64,000 nucleotides of DNA from an uncultured Elusimicrobia bacterium (GCA_963702895.1 OY969767.1:2176001-2240000), one strand, 5' to 3'. Positions 9,276-20,019 are shown, counted from the stretch's first letter. The notes: generated from the letters alone by a model not told the origin. Program-made: numbers and translations.

Positions 9276-11048
9276 TCACTTGATAACCACCACCTGCCCC
9301 GTCTTTTTGGCTCCACCTTCGGCCTTCAGTTGATACACGTAGACCCCGGAGGCCACCCGGTCGCCGCTCTCATTGGTCAGGTCCCAGGTGACGGAGTCGC
9401 TTGATCTGGGCAGCGTCTTTACGTGATGCCCCGAGACCGTGAAGATCTTGAGCTCGGTATCGACCGTGAACTGGTCAAAAGTGATCGACCTGGCGGCGTG
9501 CCGGTCGCTCCGCCAGGGGTTGGGATAGACCCGGACCTGATCGAGAGCGGAAGCATGGCTCTGGTCGACAGAGTAGCTGTTGGCAACGAGGGGATGAGGG
9601 TAAGTATAGGGGGTGTAATAGACGGTCCACACGCCTCCAATATACTTGTAGAGCCGACCGGCCTGAATGATGGCTGGATCGACCGTTGGTGTGGCGGGCG
9701 AGGCAACCCAATAGGCATCCCCACCCACCTGCTGTCCATTGGCATCCGCTCGCGGTAGATTGGTGCAGCTGAAGTCCGGAACTCCTGTGCCTCGTCCAAC
9801 CCCATGTTGCGTCGTGCCATTGAAGTTGTCGTTCAGATTGTAGAACTGTGTATTTTCCGTCAGGGGATTGGGTTCGCAGGCCGTGCTGCCAGACCGAATC
9901 TCCGCCTTCTTCTCCGTCCTGTTCCCGGTGTTATTCCAGAAGTACACGTTGTCCGCTTGGCCGGGATGCCCCGTCTGGCTGTCACATCCCTGCAGATTCA
10001 CGATTTCAATGCCCGGTGCGGATGTGCCTGTCCAGATATTGTTGAAGAAAAGTCCCCAGCCGCCACGCATATTCGCCCACCGATACCCTCGCCCGCCGGA
10101 TATCGTGTTCCCGTAGTACTCAACGATCATCGTGCCGGTCTGTCCTGGCGTTGGCGGATAGCTTTCCCAGTTCTGCATCCCGTGAATGTCCCACTCTGGA
10201 CACGTCCCGCTTCCTGCGGCATTCGTCATGTCCCACGAGTTGTATCGCATGACCACCCGAGCGGATTGTCCGATTTCCGTCCAGCCTGCATCAGGAATCG
10301 AGTACGTGGACGAATAGTGAATCGTGTTGTCCTCGAAGAACAGTTGATCCGCCGTGCCGTAAGCGCGCTCCGGGCCGAACTCGTCCCACTCGCTCCACAT
10401 CGTGTCATGGCCCATCACGGACAGGATGAAGCGGCAGCGGTCGAAGTCATTTTTGGCGATGACGCCGCGGACCTGGCCCTTAACCTTGATCGCAAACGTG
10501 CCGCTCCCCGGAACCGAACCATCGTTCTGAATGCGATTGTTCAGGATGATCAAGTGTTTGAGGATGGGTGCGGTGGTGGGTCCGTAGACGTAGATCGCCG
10601 CGGAGTTGGTCATCGTCGCCATGTTCAGGTCAAACGTGAACCCGCTGACCTTGAACAACTCATGGTTGGCGAGTGCCGTTGGGCTGGGGTGAATGTCAAT
10701 GATCGCGTCACCGCGCGTAATCGTGAGCTTGTCCCGCCCCGGCCCCTGGAGGTGAATTCCCCGAGTCAGTCTCAATGTGTTGATCCATGTAGCCGCTCCA
10801 CGTCCCTTGGGGACTATGACCGTATCTCCCGGACTGGCGGTCGCTACGGCTGCTGCGACATCTTCATAAGAGGGGCTGGTCGCGGTAATCGTGGCCGCCT
10901 GCGCTGCAGGGACAGCCAGGAGCAAGAGAAGGCTGTATCGGAGTAACGGAGTAACGGTGTATCGGGGTAACACCTCTAAGAGCGTAATGTGTTTACGTTG
11001 CCGTGACTCCGATACTCCGATACCCCGATACGCCGATACGAAGTTCAC
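9276..11048 (-). CDS. G12: secreted beta-helix-like protein with YPNP C-terminal domain
   Basis: Start at GTG 11048 (GTGA overlap with the G11 stop); leader ending LLLLLAVPAAQA; module ending YTPYTYPHPL; conserved CTD. Confidence 0.88.
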   Translation of the reverse strand: MNFVSAYRGIGVSESRQRKHITLLEVLPRYTVTPLLRYSLLLLLAVPAAQAATITATSPSYEDVAAAVATASPGDTVIVPKGRGAATWINTLRLTRGIHLQGPGRDKLTITRGDAIIDIHPSPTALANHELFKVSGFTFDLNMATMTNSAAIYVYGPTTAPILKHLIILNNRIQNDGSVPGSGTFAIKVKGQVRGVIAKNDFDRCRFILSVMGHDTMWSEWDEFGPERAYGTADQLFFEDNTIHYSSTYSIPDAGWTEIGQSARVVMRYNSWDMTNAAGSGTCPEWDIHGMQNWESYPPTPGQTGTMIVEYYGNTISGGRGYRWANMRGGWGLFFNNIWTGTSAPGIEIVNLQGCDSQTGHPGQADNVYFWNNTGNRTEKKAEIRSGSTACEPNPLTENTQFYNLNDNFNGTTQHGVGRGTGVPDFSCTNLPRADANGQQVGGDAYWVASPATPTVDPAIIQAGRLYKYIGGVWTVYYTPYTYPHPLVANSYSVDQSHASALDQVRVYPNPWRSDRHAARSITFDQFTVDTELKIFTVSGHHVKTLPRSSDSVTWDLTNESGDRVASGVYVYQLKAEGGAKKTGQVVVIK

Positions 11049-13057
11049 TTGATCACCACCACTTTCCCCGTCTTTTTGGCTCCGCCGTCCGCCTTCAGGT
11101 GATACACGTAGACCCCGGAGGCCACCCGGTCGCCGCTTTCGTTCGTCAGGTCCCAACTCACGGAGCTGCTTGATCTCGGCAGCGTCTTCACGTGATGCCC
11201 CGAGACCGTGAAGATCTTGATCTCGGTATCGACCGTGAGCTGGTCAAAGGTGATCGACCTCGCCGCGTGCCGGTCGCTCCGCCAGGGGTTGGGATAGACC
11301 CGGACAGGCGGAGGGTCGGAGGTTCTGGCGGCATAGTCCGGGCCTGGCCCGCAGAGTGTTGGGTAACGGACACAGTCAGTCCGGATCGGGTGCGGGTAGG
11401 TGAAGGGCGTGTAATATGCCATCCAGGTGTCGGGCGCGGCGCATTTGTAGAAAGTCCCCGCAATCGGGCGGGCTGGATTGACGCCCACCATGCCGGTCAT
11501 GTCCGAGCAGGATTGATCCGTTGCCCAGTAGCCAACACCGGGCGTGCAGGTTGCCGGGCGCGCGGCCAGCGTGCCGCACCCAACACCTCCACCGGCCGTT
11601 CCGGTGCCGTCAAAGGACCCCGCTTTTTGCGAAAAGAAATCTTTGTTTTCGGCAATCGGCGATCCCGCTCCCATGTTCAGCCAATTGATATCACCATCCC
11701 TCACCGTGAATCGAGGTGCGACGCCGGCCCAATTGGGCTCGATGGATCCACTCCGATAGGGAGGGACCATGGGAGTCGTGTATTGTGATTTCTTCCAGCA
11801 ATTCCCATAAGGATCGCCTGTGAATTTCTGGCAGTAAATGTCACTCGTTTCGCCGACTGATCCATACAGATGATTGGGCTGCCAGGGAGATGCTGCGTCA
11901 CTGCAGCAATTTTCACTACCTAACTCCAACGGTATTAACACGACCCCGTCGGATCTGGTGTTCCAATTGCCCCAGTAATAGGACTCGGTCGCATGCTGGA
12001 CATAGTTTGAATTGACAGGCCAGAGCCTGTCTGCACACTCTTCTCTCACAGACGTGCCCGACTTGCCTGTTGTTGTCGTCAACAGGCTATTCATAAAGAC
12101 CAAGACCATGCCGCCCCGTTGATCGATCAGATTGTTCAGATATCCGGGAGTTGTCCTGTTCCATTTATTTCCATAGATTTCAATGACCATCATGGACGCA
12201 TTGCCGCAGGTTGAACTCCCAATGCATCCGGCACCGCCCGGCTGATTGCCATGAATGTCGTAAACGTATCCAAAATTGCCATTAAAGGTGTTATAGCGTG
12301 AGGCATACCTTCCACCCTGCCCCCCACTATTCATCATTCCATTGGTGGATGTGTTATAAACGTTATCCTCGAAATACAGATTATTCCCATCACCGAACGC
12401 GCGAGAAGCTCCAAACGCATCCCATTGGACATGGTCGTTCCCGTAAGCCGATGTACTGCCGCCGTTAATCACATTATTATCAACGACACCGTAAAACGTC
12501 CCACTCACGTAGATCGTCCGCGACCCTTTTGCTGTGATTTGGCAGTGGTCGATCCGGACGAACACGGGGATTGCTGTGTTTTGAAAGAGGGTAACAACTC
12601 CAACATTCGAAGCTGCGGGAGCGTCTAAAGTGAAGCCCGATATTCGAAACCGATCGGAACTGTCCGGGACGCTGGGCGCAAACGTGATCAGCGGCGCGAT
12701 CGTTCCTGTAATCTTTGTCGCCAACGCGGATGCACCTCGGAGAACGATGCCTTTGGTGATGGTGAGCGTTTTGTTCCAGGTCGCCGCGCAGGCGGGAACT
12801 TGGACGGTGTCCTGAGACTGGGCCGCGCTCACGGCCGCCTGCACGTCCGCCTGCGAACAGCTGGTGGCATTGATCGTGGCCGCTTGCGCCGCCGGAGCAG
12901 CCAGCAGCAAGAGAAGGCTGTATCGGAGTAACGGGGTAACGGGGTATCGGAGTAACGGAGTAACGGTGTATCGGGGTAACACCTCTAAGAGCGTAATGTG
13001 TTTACGTCGCCGTGACTCCGGTACTCCGATACTCCGATACCCCGTTACGAAAATCAT
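11045..13057 (-). CDS. G11: secreted beta-helix-like protein with YPNP C-terminal domain
   Basis: 670 aa; ATINATSCSQADVQAA module; GCGTLAARPATC; CTD. Confidence 0.9.
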   Translation of the reverse strand: MIFVTGYRSIGVPESRRRKHITLLEVLPRYTVTPLLRYPVTPLLRYSLLLLLAAPAAQAATINATSCSQADVQAAVSAAQSQDTVQVPACAATWNKTLTITKGIVLRGASALATKITGTIAPLITFAPSVPDSSDRFRISGFTLDAPAASNVGVVTLFQNTAIPVFVRIDHCQITAKGSRTIYVSGTFYGVVDNNVINGGSTSAYGNDHVQWDAFGASRAFGDGNNLYFEDNVYNTSTNGMMNSGGQGGRYASRYNTFNGNFGYVYDIHGNQPGGAGCIGSSTCGNASMMVIEIYGNKWNRTTPGYLNNLIDQRGGMVLVFMNSLLTTTTGKSGTSVREECADRLWPVNSNYVQHATESYYWGNWNTRSDGVVLIPLELGSENCCSDAASPWQPNHLYGSVGETSDIYCQKFTGDPYGNCWKKSQYTTPMVPPYRSGSIEPNWAGVAPRFTVRDGDINWLNMGAGSPIAENKDFFSQKAGSFDGTGTAGGGVGCGTLAARPATCTPGVGYWATDQSCSDMTGMVGVNPARPIAGTFYKCAAPDTWMAYYTPFTYPHPIRTDCVRYPTLCGPGPDYAARTSDPPPVRVYPNPWRSDRHAARSITFDQLTVDTEIKIFTVSGHHVKTLPRSSSSVSWDLTNESGDRVASGVYVYHLKADGGAKKTGKVVVIK

Positions 13058-16000
13058 TTGATCACCACCACTTTCCCCGTCATTTTGGCTCCGCCTTCGG
13101 CCTTCAGGTGATAGACGTAGATCCCGGAGGCCACCCGGTCCCCGCTCTCATTGGTCAGGTCCCAGGTGACCTGGCTGCTTGAGGTAGGCAGCGTCTTCAC
13201 GTGGTGCCCCGAGACCGTGAAGATCTTGATCTCGGTGTTGACTGTGAGACTGTCAAACGTGACGGACCTCGTACTGTGACGGTCGCTGCGCCAAGGGTTG
13301 GGATAAACCCGCACGCTGTCCAAATTCGCCGAAACCAGCCTCACCCAGGCACTCGCCCAGGCGCTGGTGCCGTACGCATTGGTCGCCTGCACGCGCAGCG
13401 TGTAGTCTCCCGGAGCAAGATTGAGCGCTCCCAATTGGAAGCGCGGCGCGGTCGTCGCCATAGGGGCTCCGTGGACGATTCCCTGAGCAGCAACTTGACC
13501 CGCCATGGATTGGAAGATAGGCGCTCCCCCCGCGCGCGGGACGAGCTCCCACTGAAATCCGGTCGCTCTGGCAACCTCAGGGATGGCGATCTCACCGCTG
13601 ATCCGAAAGTAACGGCCTTCGACCCCGCGAAGGTCCGGCACGGCCGGCGGCGTGTTGCCGCCACCAGGCGGAGGGGGTGGCAGACCCGTTCTAAGCGGGT
13701 GGGGATAAGGATAAGGCGTATAGGAGGTTGACCAGGTGTTGGGCGCGGTGCATTGGTAGAGCGTGCCGGAAATCGGACTTGCCGGACTGGCACCGACCCT
13801 GCCGGTGAGATCCGTGCAGGATTGGTCCGTGGCCCAATAACCAACACCGGGCGTGCAGGTCGCCGGGCGCGCGGCCAGCGTGCCGCACCCCATCCCCACA
13901 GTCCCATTGAAACCCGCCTGATGATTCCAATAATCAACATTTTCCGTAATGGTGTAAGGCGATCCGACCGCGGCATCGGCGCAGTAGTCCGAGCCTTTGG
14001 TCATGGGGCGGAGAATTCCCCCACCGTAGTTCGCCCATACATACGAATTTTGAACATGCTGGGAGTACGCCGGGGAAGCGGGGCTTTGACAAGAATCACA
14101 TGAATACTGTGCATAGTACGGCTTGGCATAAGAAGAATCACTGGAGTTGTAAAACATTAACTGCCAACTACCCCTATGCGCCATCCAGGTGGAAAAATCC
14201 GGGCTATTGACGATCTTATTCCCGTAGTACTCGGATTTGATCGTGGACCATTGCTCACAAGAATCCTGATTAGGGTTGCAAGAACCGGCCACCGAAGGGC
14301 TGCAATTGGAATTCCCGCATCCGCTGGGGCAGGTATAGCCCGGGCTTGTCGCCATGCTCTGCAATCCGTGATTGACCCACAGGCCCGAAAGGCCGGCGGC
14401 ATTGGCCAAATCCGTGGTGTTGTACCGATAGACATAACCCGGCGCGCCCTGCCCGCTGTCGGTCAGTCCGCCCTCCATGGCCCGGGTAAAACTGATGGTG
14501 TTGTCCTCGATGAAGAAATTCGTCCCGGTCCCATACTCCCTCGGAACCAGCGCCCAGGAGACCGCGTCTCTCCCCATCGTTCTGAGAGAGTACACGACAT
14601 TGATGAAATGATTCAAATAGGCCACGCCATAAACCGGCCCATTAATACTCACACCTGTGTGATCGGAATTTCGGAACGTGTTGTGATGGATTTTGATATT
14701 GGAAATGACTTTCGAGGAACTCCCGTTTTCGATATAGAGCAGGCCCCGGTGTTTCGATAGCGAATGGCCATCCAAGGTAAAACCCGTGATTTCGAATTCC
14801 TCATCATTGTTTTGGGCCGTCTCATCCGGAACATAAGCGATCTGGCCATGGTCGGAGGGTCCGTTCAGGGTAATCGTGGTGGGCCCCCCGATGCCACCCT
14901 GCAACTTGATGCCTTGGGTGAGGCAAAGCAATGTATTCCTTCCACCACAGCTCGTCTCGTTGGACCATGTGCATGAACCGGCCGGGACGCTGATCGTGTC
15001 CCCTCGTTCCGCACGGCTCACAGCGGCCTGGACATCCGCCTGCGAACAGCTGGCGGCGGTGATCGGGGGCCGAACAAATTCATGGGCTCCTATGTCCGGC
15101 GCAGAACCATAGAGCACCTGCCGGCCGCCGGAATCCCGATAGAGCCAAATGGGTGCGCCATCTTCCCACGACAGGGGCGCCGCGAGCGTCACGCGGTTCG
15201 TGGCGTAATCGATCGAGCGGATCTGCGCCACATTCGTCACACGGCCAACAGCGATCCAGTCGGGGAATAACGTGACGCCTTGGGCCATCGCGGCACCCCA
15301 GGTGCCATCCTGAAAGTATTGGGCGTCACGGACCACGAGCGTCACGGAGTTGGAACCCGCGCCGTTGGCTTGGGTGAGGAACGTTCCGCTATCAATAGCC
15401 GGTGAATTGGTCCGAAGCTGAAGATCCGGAAGGGTCAAGCTGGAGGGTTGGGTCAGATCTGGGCTGACAAAGAGCGGATCGCCGTTGGGGGTCAGCCAGT
15501 TCGAAACGACCGTATTCCCGACGGAGTCCTGGATATCGAGTCCACCATAAAGAACGGCCCGGGCGTTGCCATACACGATGTTGTTCTTGATCACATTCCC
15601 TGTGTTCAAGCTCGGATAATAGAAATGGATTCCCATCTGCGGTTCCGGGCAGGTGGAATGCGTGCAGGTGTGGTAATACGGGTAACCATACCCGTTTTTG
15701 TAAACGGTATTGCTGAAAATCCGGTTATTGAGACCGCCGATCGAACCATGCCCGGTCGGCCCGTACTTCGGCATCAGCCCGTTGTTCATGCTGCCGTAAA
15801 AAGCGTTGTACCGGACAATGTTCCTGGAGGACGCCAGCGCCAAACTGTCCGCCCCGTCATTGTTCGGATTGGGCCCTGCGAAACCCAGTCTGTTGTTCTC
15901 CACCAAGTTATAGAGTCCGTCTCTGCCAAAACTATCGGTGATCTGCCAAACCCGGTGGCTGTACGACCCGTTGTAGGCGGGGTTGTCGTATTGGGTGGCG

Positions 16001-16938
16001 GGCCATGTCACGCTGCAGGCGCCATTGTCCGCCGGGTACCACGGCTCGTTATGCGCGACGTTGTTTTTGATGACTTGCCGGGTGCCATAGGTGTCCATGA
16101 CGGCATGCCCGGCATAGGCCATGTAATTGTCTTCGATGGTGATGTGGTGGTTGGCCCCTGTGGTGCAGTTGACACCAGCGCCGCCGCCACAGCTTCCGTT
16201 GGGATAGCCCACACGCACCGCGTCGCCGCCTTCGGAAATGGATGTTCCATTACATCCGCCGCCGGCCGCTAACTTATAGAAGGTATTGTGATGCACCCAA
16301 AGGTCGCTGACATAGCACCGGAAGTCCGTTCCGCCAATGCAGGCCTCCGCCATCGTAAAGTTCCCGCCGCGGAAGGGAGAGGTGACATTGCGAAAAGTGC
16401 ATCTGGCGACTTCAACATGATGAGCGCCGTTGCGAATTAAGTAGTCGGAAAAGTCGGTGAAAAGGAGGCCGTCGATTCGGATATAGCTCTGATTAATCTG
16501 CAACCCCCACATGCGCGTCCCGTAAGTCCCTTTGAGTTCGGGGGTTTCGCCGGGAGCGTTTTTGAAGGTGATCCAGGCGCTCGATGTCCCCGAACGAGCG
16601 GGGAGCAGCGCAGTTGCGTATAGGGTGGAGAAGGAATACGTACCTCCTTTCAAATAAACCCAATCGCCTGCGCTGGCATTGGAATTGGCGGTCCCCAACG
16701 AACAATAGTTGCTCGCGGGATCGCTGGCGCTCTGGCAGCTCGCCCAAGAGGATGTCCCCGTTGGGCTCACCCAGTAGGTGGCCGCCTGAACGGCCAACGG
16801 CGAAAATAGAAAATAGACAATAGCAGCAACATACAGACGCGGCGACGCGGTGACGCGGTGACTCGGTGATGTAGCTGTTTCTCCGTATCGGACGCTCCCC
16901 GTGTCTGCGTGTCCCCGTGTCCCCGTGTCGCTTCTCAT
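13054..16938 (-). CDS. G10: two-module secreted beta-helix protein with CTD
   Basis: 1294 aa; ATYWVSPTG module ending PDIGAHEF, SCSQADVQAA module, Ig-like domain, CTD. Confidence 0.9.
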   Translation of the reverse strand: MRSDTGTRGHADTGSVRYGETATSPSHRVTASPRLYVAAIVYFLFSPLAVQAATYWVSPTGTSSWASCQSASDPASNYCSLGTANSNASAGDWVYLKGGTYSFSTLYATALLPARSGTSSAWITFKNAPGETPELKGTYGTRMWGLQINQSYIRIDGLLFTDFSDYLIRNGAHHVEVARCTFRNVTSPFRGGNFTMAEACIGGTDFRCYVSDLWVHHNTFYKLAAGGGCNGTSISEGGDAVRVGYPNGSCGGGAGVNCTTGANHHITIEDNYMAYAGHAVMDTYGTRQVIKNNVAHNEPWYPADNGACSVTWPATQYDNPAYNGSYSHRVWQITDSFGRDGLYNLVENNRLGFAGPNPNNDGADSLALASSRNIVRYNAFYGSMNNGLMPKYGPTGHGSIGGLNNRIFSNTVYKNGYGYPYYHTCTHSTCPEPQMGIHFYYPSLNTGNVIKNNIVYGNARAVLYGGLDIQDSVGNTVVSNWLTPNGDPLFVSPDLTQPSSLTLPDLQLRTNSPAIDSGTFLTQANGAGSNSVTLVVRDAQYFQDGTWGAAMAQGVTLFPDWIAVGRVTNVAQIRSIDYATNRVTLAAPLSWEDGAPIWLYRDSGGRQVLYGSAPDIGAHEFVRPPITAASCSQADVQAAVSRAERGDTISVPAGSCTWSNETSCGGRNTLLCLTQGIKLQGGIGGPTTITLNGPSDHGQIAYVPDETAQNNDEEFEITGFTLDGHSLSKHRGLLYIENGSSSKVISNIKIHHNTFRNSDHTGVSINGPVYGVAYLNHFINVVYSLRTMGRDAVSWALVPREYGTGTNFFIEDNTISFTRAMEGGLTDSGQGAPGYVYRYNTTDLANAAGLSGLWVNHGLQSMATSPGYTCPSGCGNSNCSPSVAGSCNPNQDSCEQWSTIKSEYYGNKIVNSPDFSTWMAHRGSWQLMFYNSSDSSYAKPYYAQYSCDSCQSPASPAYSQHVQNSYVWANYGGGILRPMTKGSDYCADAAVGSPYTITENVDYWNHQAGFNGTVGMGCGTLAARPATCTPGVGYWATDQSCTDLTGRVGASPASPISGTLYQCTAPNTWSTSYTPYPYPHPLRTGLPPPPPGGGNTPPAVPDLRGVEGRYFRISGEIAIPEVARATGFQWELVPRAGGAPIFQSMAGQVAAQGIVHGAPMATTAPRFQLGALNLAPGDYTLRVQATNAYGTSAWASAWVRLVSANLDSVRVYPNPWRSDRHSTRSVTFDSLTVNTEIKIFTVSGHHVKTLPTSSSQVTWDLTNESGDRVASGIYVYHLKAEGGAKMTGKVVVIK

Positions 16939-19900
16939 TTAATCACCACCACTTGCCCCGTCTTTTTGGCTCCGCCTTCCGCCTTCAGGTGATAGACGTA
17001 GATCCCCGACGCCACCCGGTCCCCGCTTTCATTCGTCAGGTCCCAGATGACGGAGCTGCTTGAGCTCGGCAGCGTCTTCACATGATGCCCCGAGACCGTG
17101 AAAATCTTGATCTCGGTATCGACGGTGAGGCTGTCAAAAGTGACCGACCTCGCCGCGTGCCGGTCGCTCCGCCAGGGGTTGGGATAGACGCGGACAGCGG
17201 AAAGGTCCGCTGGCACCAGGGTCACGTTGGCGCTCGCGGGGATCGAAACGCGACCGGCAGTATCGGTCGCGGTGACGGTAATCTGATAGTTCCCGGGGAC
17301 CAGACCATAGGGCGCAAGGTTTGCCACTCCGCTGCTTGTGCTGAAATTGGCCGTCGGTGCTCGGGCGATTGTCCCCGCGGACGTTCCGGGCGCCGGCAGC
17401 GCGCCTGCCGGGAGCGGGGTGACCGACCAGCTGAAGCTGCGAATCTCATGCCCCGGAGCGCTCGCGGTGATCTGAGCGTTCACGGGCAGAACCGTCCTCC
17501 CCCCTAAATCCAACGAGACATAGATTAAGGGCGCCTCACAAACCAGGGGCTTTCCGCCTGGGCCCAAAGTGTTGAAAGCAATGGAGAACGGCGTTGTGGT
17601 CGAATGATTGTAATAGGCGTCAATGCACTTGACGTAGTAGGTGTAGACCCTATTACTCGCTAGCCCTGTAAGGGTTGTCGAGTGAGACGTGCCTCCCGAT
17701 GTTCCAAAAATCGTTGTATAACGATGAAAATCAAGGGCTGGATAGGCATCATATTTGCATGCCGCGGGCTCGTCGGTCACCACTGAAATCGTGGCGTAAG
17801 CATCCCCGATACACGTCGCGGTCCCTGATACAACCACGGGCGGTGTCACATCTTCGGGAGGCCCCAAGACCCCCGGAGCAGAAGGCGGCAGCGGTGTGGC
17901 AGGGTAAGGACAATTGGCCCCCTGGATAAACCCGCCTCGAACGCTGCCGCTGAAATCAATCCGTGTTTCATCCAGGGTGGCCAATTCCAACATTAAGGTA
18001 TTAAACCACCAACTGAGTTTTCTCTGGGGCGTGGAGGGATAGGACGGAAATCCAGCTCTCACGCTTTCGGTGATCCACGTCGTTTGAGCGGCAAGATCTC
18101 CGCCGAAGTATCCTGGGGCGAGTTTCTCGCTGGTAAAGGTCCTGGGGTCCCGATTCGTCCTGTGCCATCCGATAAAACCATACTTCGCGCACCGAGAAAA
18201 TTCATGAAACAAAGCCACAAAGGATTCGCCCTCGGTTCGAAAGGGCCCTTTCACAAAAGGACTTGAAAATTGATCGTTTTGTATTAAACCGTGAATTCCA
18301 AAAGCCACGAGGGCGGACACATCGGCGCAATGATTGAAATCATCGTATTCGATCGTTTGGTCTCTCAGACCAGAGGCATTAATCCCCGCGCCATAAGAGG
18401 GGGTCAGGCTTCTGGCATATTCAGAACTGTCACCCGCAAAATCACAGGAACTGTCATAGTCCGTTGGAGAAAGGAAGGATGAATCATAGCCAATCGTTCT
18501 CCTCCTATAAGTTGCGCCAACATCTCGGAGCGATCGGGTCAGTCTGATAAAGACCTCATGGACGCGGCGGCCGTCTCCCGTGATAGCCTTGTACCGCAAT
18601 AAAGGGGCCACAGCGAGTTCGGCCATCCAGCTGGAACACCAGGCATCCGTCCCTCCTTCCGAATGTTGTCCGGAGGAGTGGACAAAACAATTCTGCGGTG
18701 GGAAATTTTGCAAATTGATCGCTGTTAATTCCGCTTGATTGGTCGTGGTGATGTGCCGATACGCCGTGTTAAACATCTCCATGGCGGCTGTTCTGTATTC
18801 CGGCCTTTCGGTGAGCTCAAACCCATAAACCAGCCCTTCCATGCTGGTCGCCAGAAGCCGCTCGGTCCATAATCTATCGACTCCCCTCAAATGGCCCTGC
18901 CTGTAGGGCGTGACAAAATAAGGGTCCTCATACCACATTTGGGCCATATTCGACCCTGCTTCAAAAGCCGTCTCGTCCCCCGTCAACGCGTAATACTCGG
19001 CCACTCCCCTTAAATGGGAGTATTTGCTGTCTTGGGACGGCTTCCCTGTGAAATATCCCTTCCACACCCCCGTGGTGCCAATATGTTCTGCGAAATAGGA
19101 GCAGGCCCGCAGGGCATGACGGTAATAGCGAACATCGTCCAAATGAGAGTAGCCTGCGAGATAGGTGTCACACATATCGTAGAGCCAGCCCTCGTAGTTC
19201 GAAGCATCGTAGACGCTCCCAGGGTCTGGATTCATTTTATAGCCATCGCCATAGATCGAAGAATTTAGGAAGAGATCGAATTCATCAGAAATAAATCGGA
19301 GACCGGCGAGGTTGGATTTGCTGAGTAATTGTTGCCTGGACATTTGAGGCCCGAATATCCCCGAGGAGGCAAGATACCCTTCCGGATAGGTGGCCAGGAC
19401 TTTCGGCTCGCGGCCGGTCCATAAGGTCTTCTCTCTGACATTATTTTCCACAAAAGAATACGCAGTCCCATCAAAGGCGATGCTCCGGTCCACCACCTCG
19501 GCTTTTTCATCAGAAACAAAAGAGGTCTCACGAAATGGGGCCATCGTTGAACTGGTCGTTCCACCCGAATTCGGATTAATCACGACCATGACGGTGACAC
19601 TGTCCGAGCGCATTTGCGCCGCGGGGAATTGCAGCAAGAGCGACTTGATGCTGGTTCTATTCCCCGAAGCGTTAAAGTGATAGAGAATGGCTTTGGAGGA
19701 AACGTTCGTGATGGGGTCCCCGGAGGGATGCGCTTTGATTTTAACCTTGGCGGCGTCAAACAGGAGCCCTTCCTTGACTGGCAAACCAAACGATACGGTC
19801 GTCGCATCGCTTTGTAATTTCGTAAGACCGATTAAGACTTCTGTTTCGAAAGCGTAGACTGGGCTGCACAACAAAAAGCTTGCCGCGACGATGAGATGCC

Positions 19901-19940
19901 GAGCAACGGAGGGGTGCTTCGCTAAAAGAGGTCTGTTCAT
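16935..19940 (-). CDS. G9: secreted protein with probable YetA/PcRGLX-like N-terminus and helical-barrel core, plus CTD
   Basis: Signal peptide (LIVAASFLLCSPVYA); VSFGLPVKEG; YYALTGD helical repeats; CTD. Start uncertain (19940, 19952 or 19985); fold call is by eye. Confidence 0.8.
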   Translation of the reverse strand: MNRPLLAKHPSVARHLIVAASFLLCSPVYAFETEVLIGLTKLQSDATTVSFGLPVKEGLLFDAAKVKIKAHPSGDPITNVSSKAILYHFNASGNRTSIKSLLLQFPAAQMRSDSVTVMVVINPNSGGTTSSTMAPFRETSFVSDEKAEVVDRSIAFDGTAYSFVENNVREKTLWTGREPKVLATYPEGYLASSGIFGPQMSRQQLLSKSNLAGLRFISDEFDLFLNSSIYGDGYKMNPDPGSVYDASNYEGWLYDMCDTYLAGYSHLDDVRYYRHALRACSYFAEHIGTTGVWKGYFTGKPSQDSKYSHLRGVAEYYALTGDETAFEAGSNMAQMWYEDPYFVTPYRQGHLRGVDRLWTERLLATSMEGLVYGFELTERPEYRTAAMEMFNTAYRHITTTNQAELTAINLQNFPPQNCFVHSSGQHSEGGTDAWCSSWMAELAVAPLLRYKAITGDGRRVHEVFIRLTRSLRDVGATYRRRTIGYDSSFLSPTDYDSSCDFAGDSSEYARSLTPSYGAGINASGLRDQTIEYDDFNHCADVSALVAFGIHGLIQNDQFSSPFVKGPFRTEGESFVALFHEFSRCAKYGFIGWHRTNRDPRTFTSEKLAPGYFGGDLAAQTTWITESVRAGFPSYPSTPQRKLSWWFNTLMLELATLDETRIDFSGSVRGGFIQGANCPYPATPLPPSAPGVLGPPEDVTPPVVVSGTATCIGDAYATISVVTDEPAACKYDAYPALDFHRYTTIFGTSGGTSHSTTLTGLASNRVYTYYVKCIDAYYNHSTTTPFSIAFNTLGPGGKPLVCEAPLIYVSLDLGGRTVLPVNAQITASAPGHEIRSFSWSVTPLPAGALPAPGTSAGTIARAPTANFSTSSGVANLAPYGLVPGNYQITVTATDTAGRVSIPASANVTLVPADLSAVRVYPNPWRSDRHAARSVTFDSLTVDTEIKIFTVSGHHVKTLPSSSSSVIWDLTNESGDRVASGIYVYHLKAEGGAKKTGQVVVIK

Positions 19941-19991
19941 GGAATGGTTCATCCTTTCGAGAATTATTCTGTTAGTCTCATGCAACTACTA

Positions 19992-20018
19992 ACGACCAGG
20001 GCACGTCCCCCTGGTCGT
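19992..20018. terminator. 10-bp stem-loop directly after the G8 stop (possible attenuator or mRNA stabiliser)
   Basis: acgaccaggg-N7-ccctggtcgt; no good U-tract. Confidence 0.4.
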
Positions 20019-20019
20019 C

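Noticed and set aside
11049..11156. ORF-track N-terminal extension of G12 (similar extensions on the MFS, M48, PilX and PilW genes)
   Set aside because: They overlap upstream genes or repeats; coupled or better downstream starts exist.
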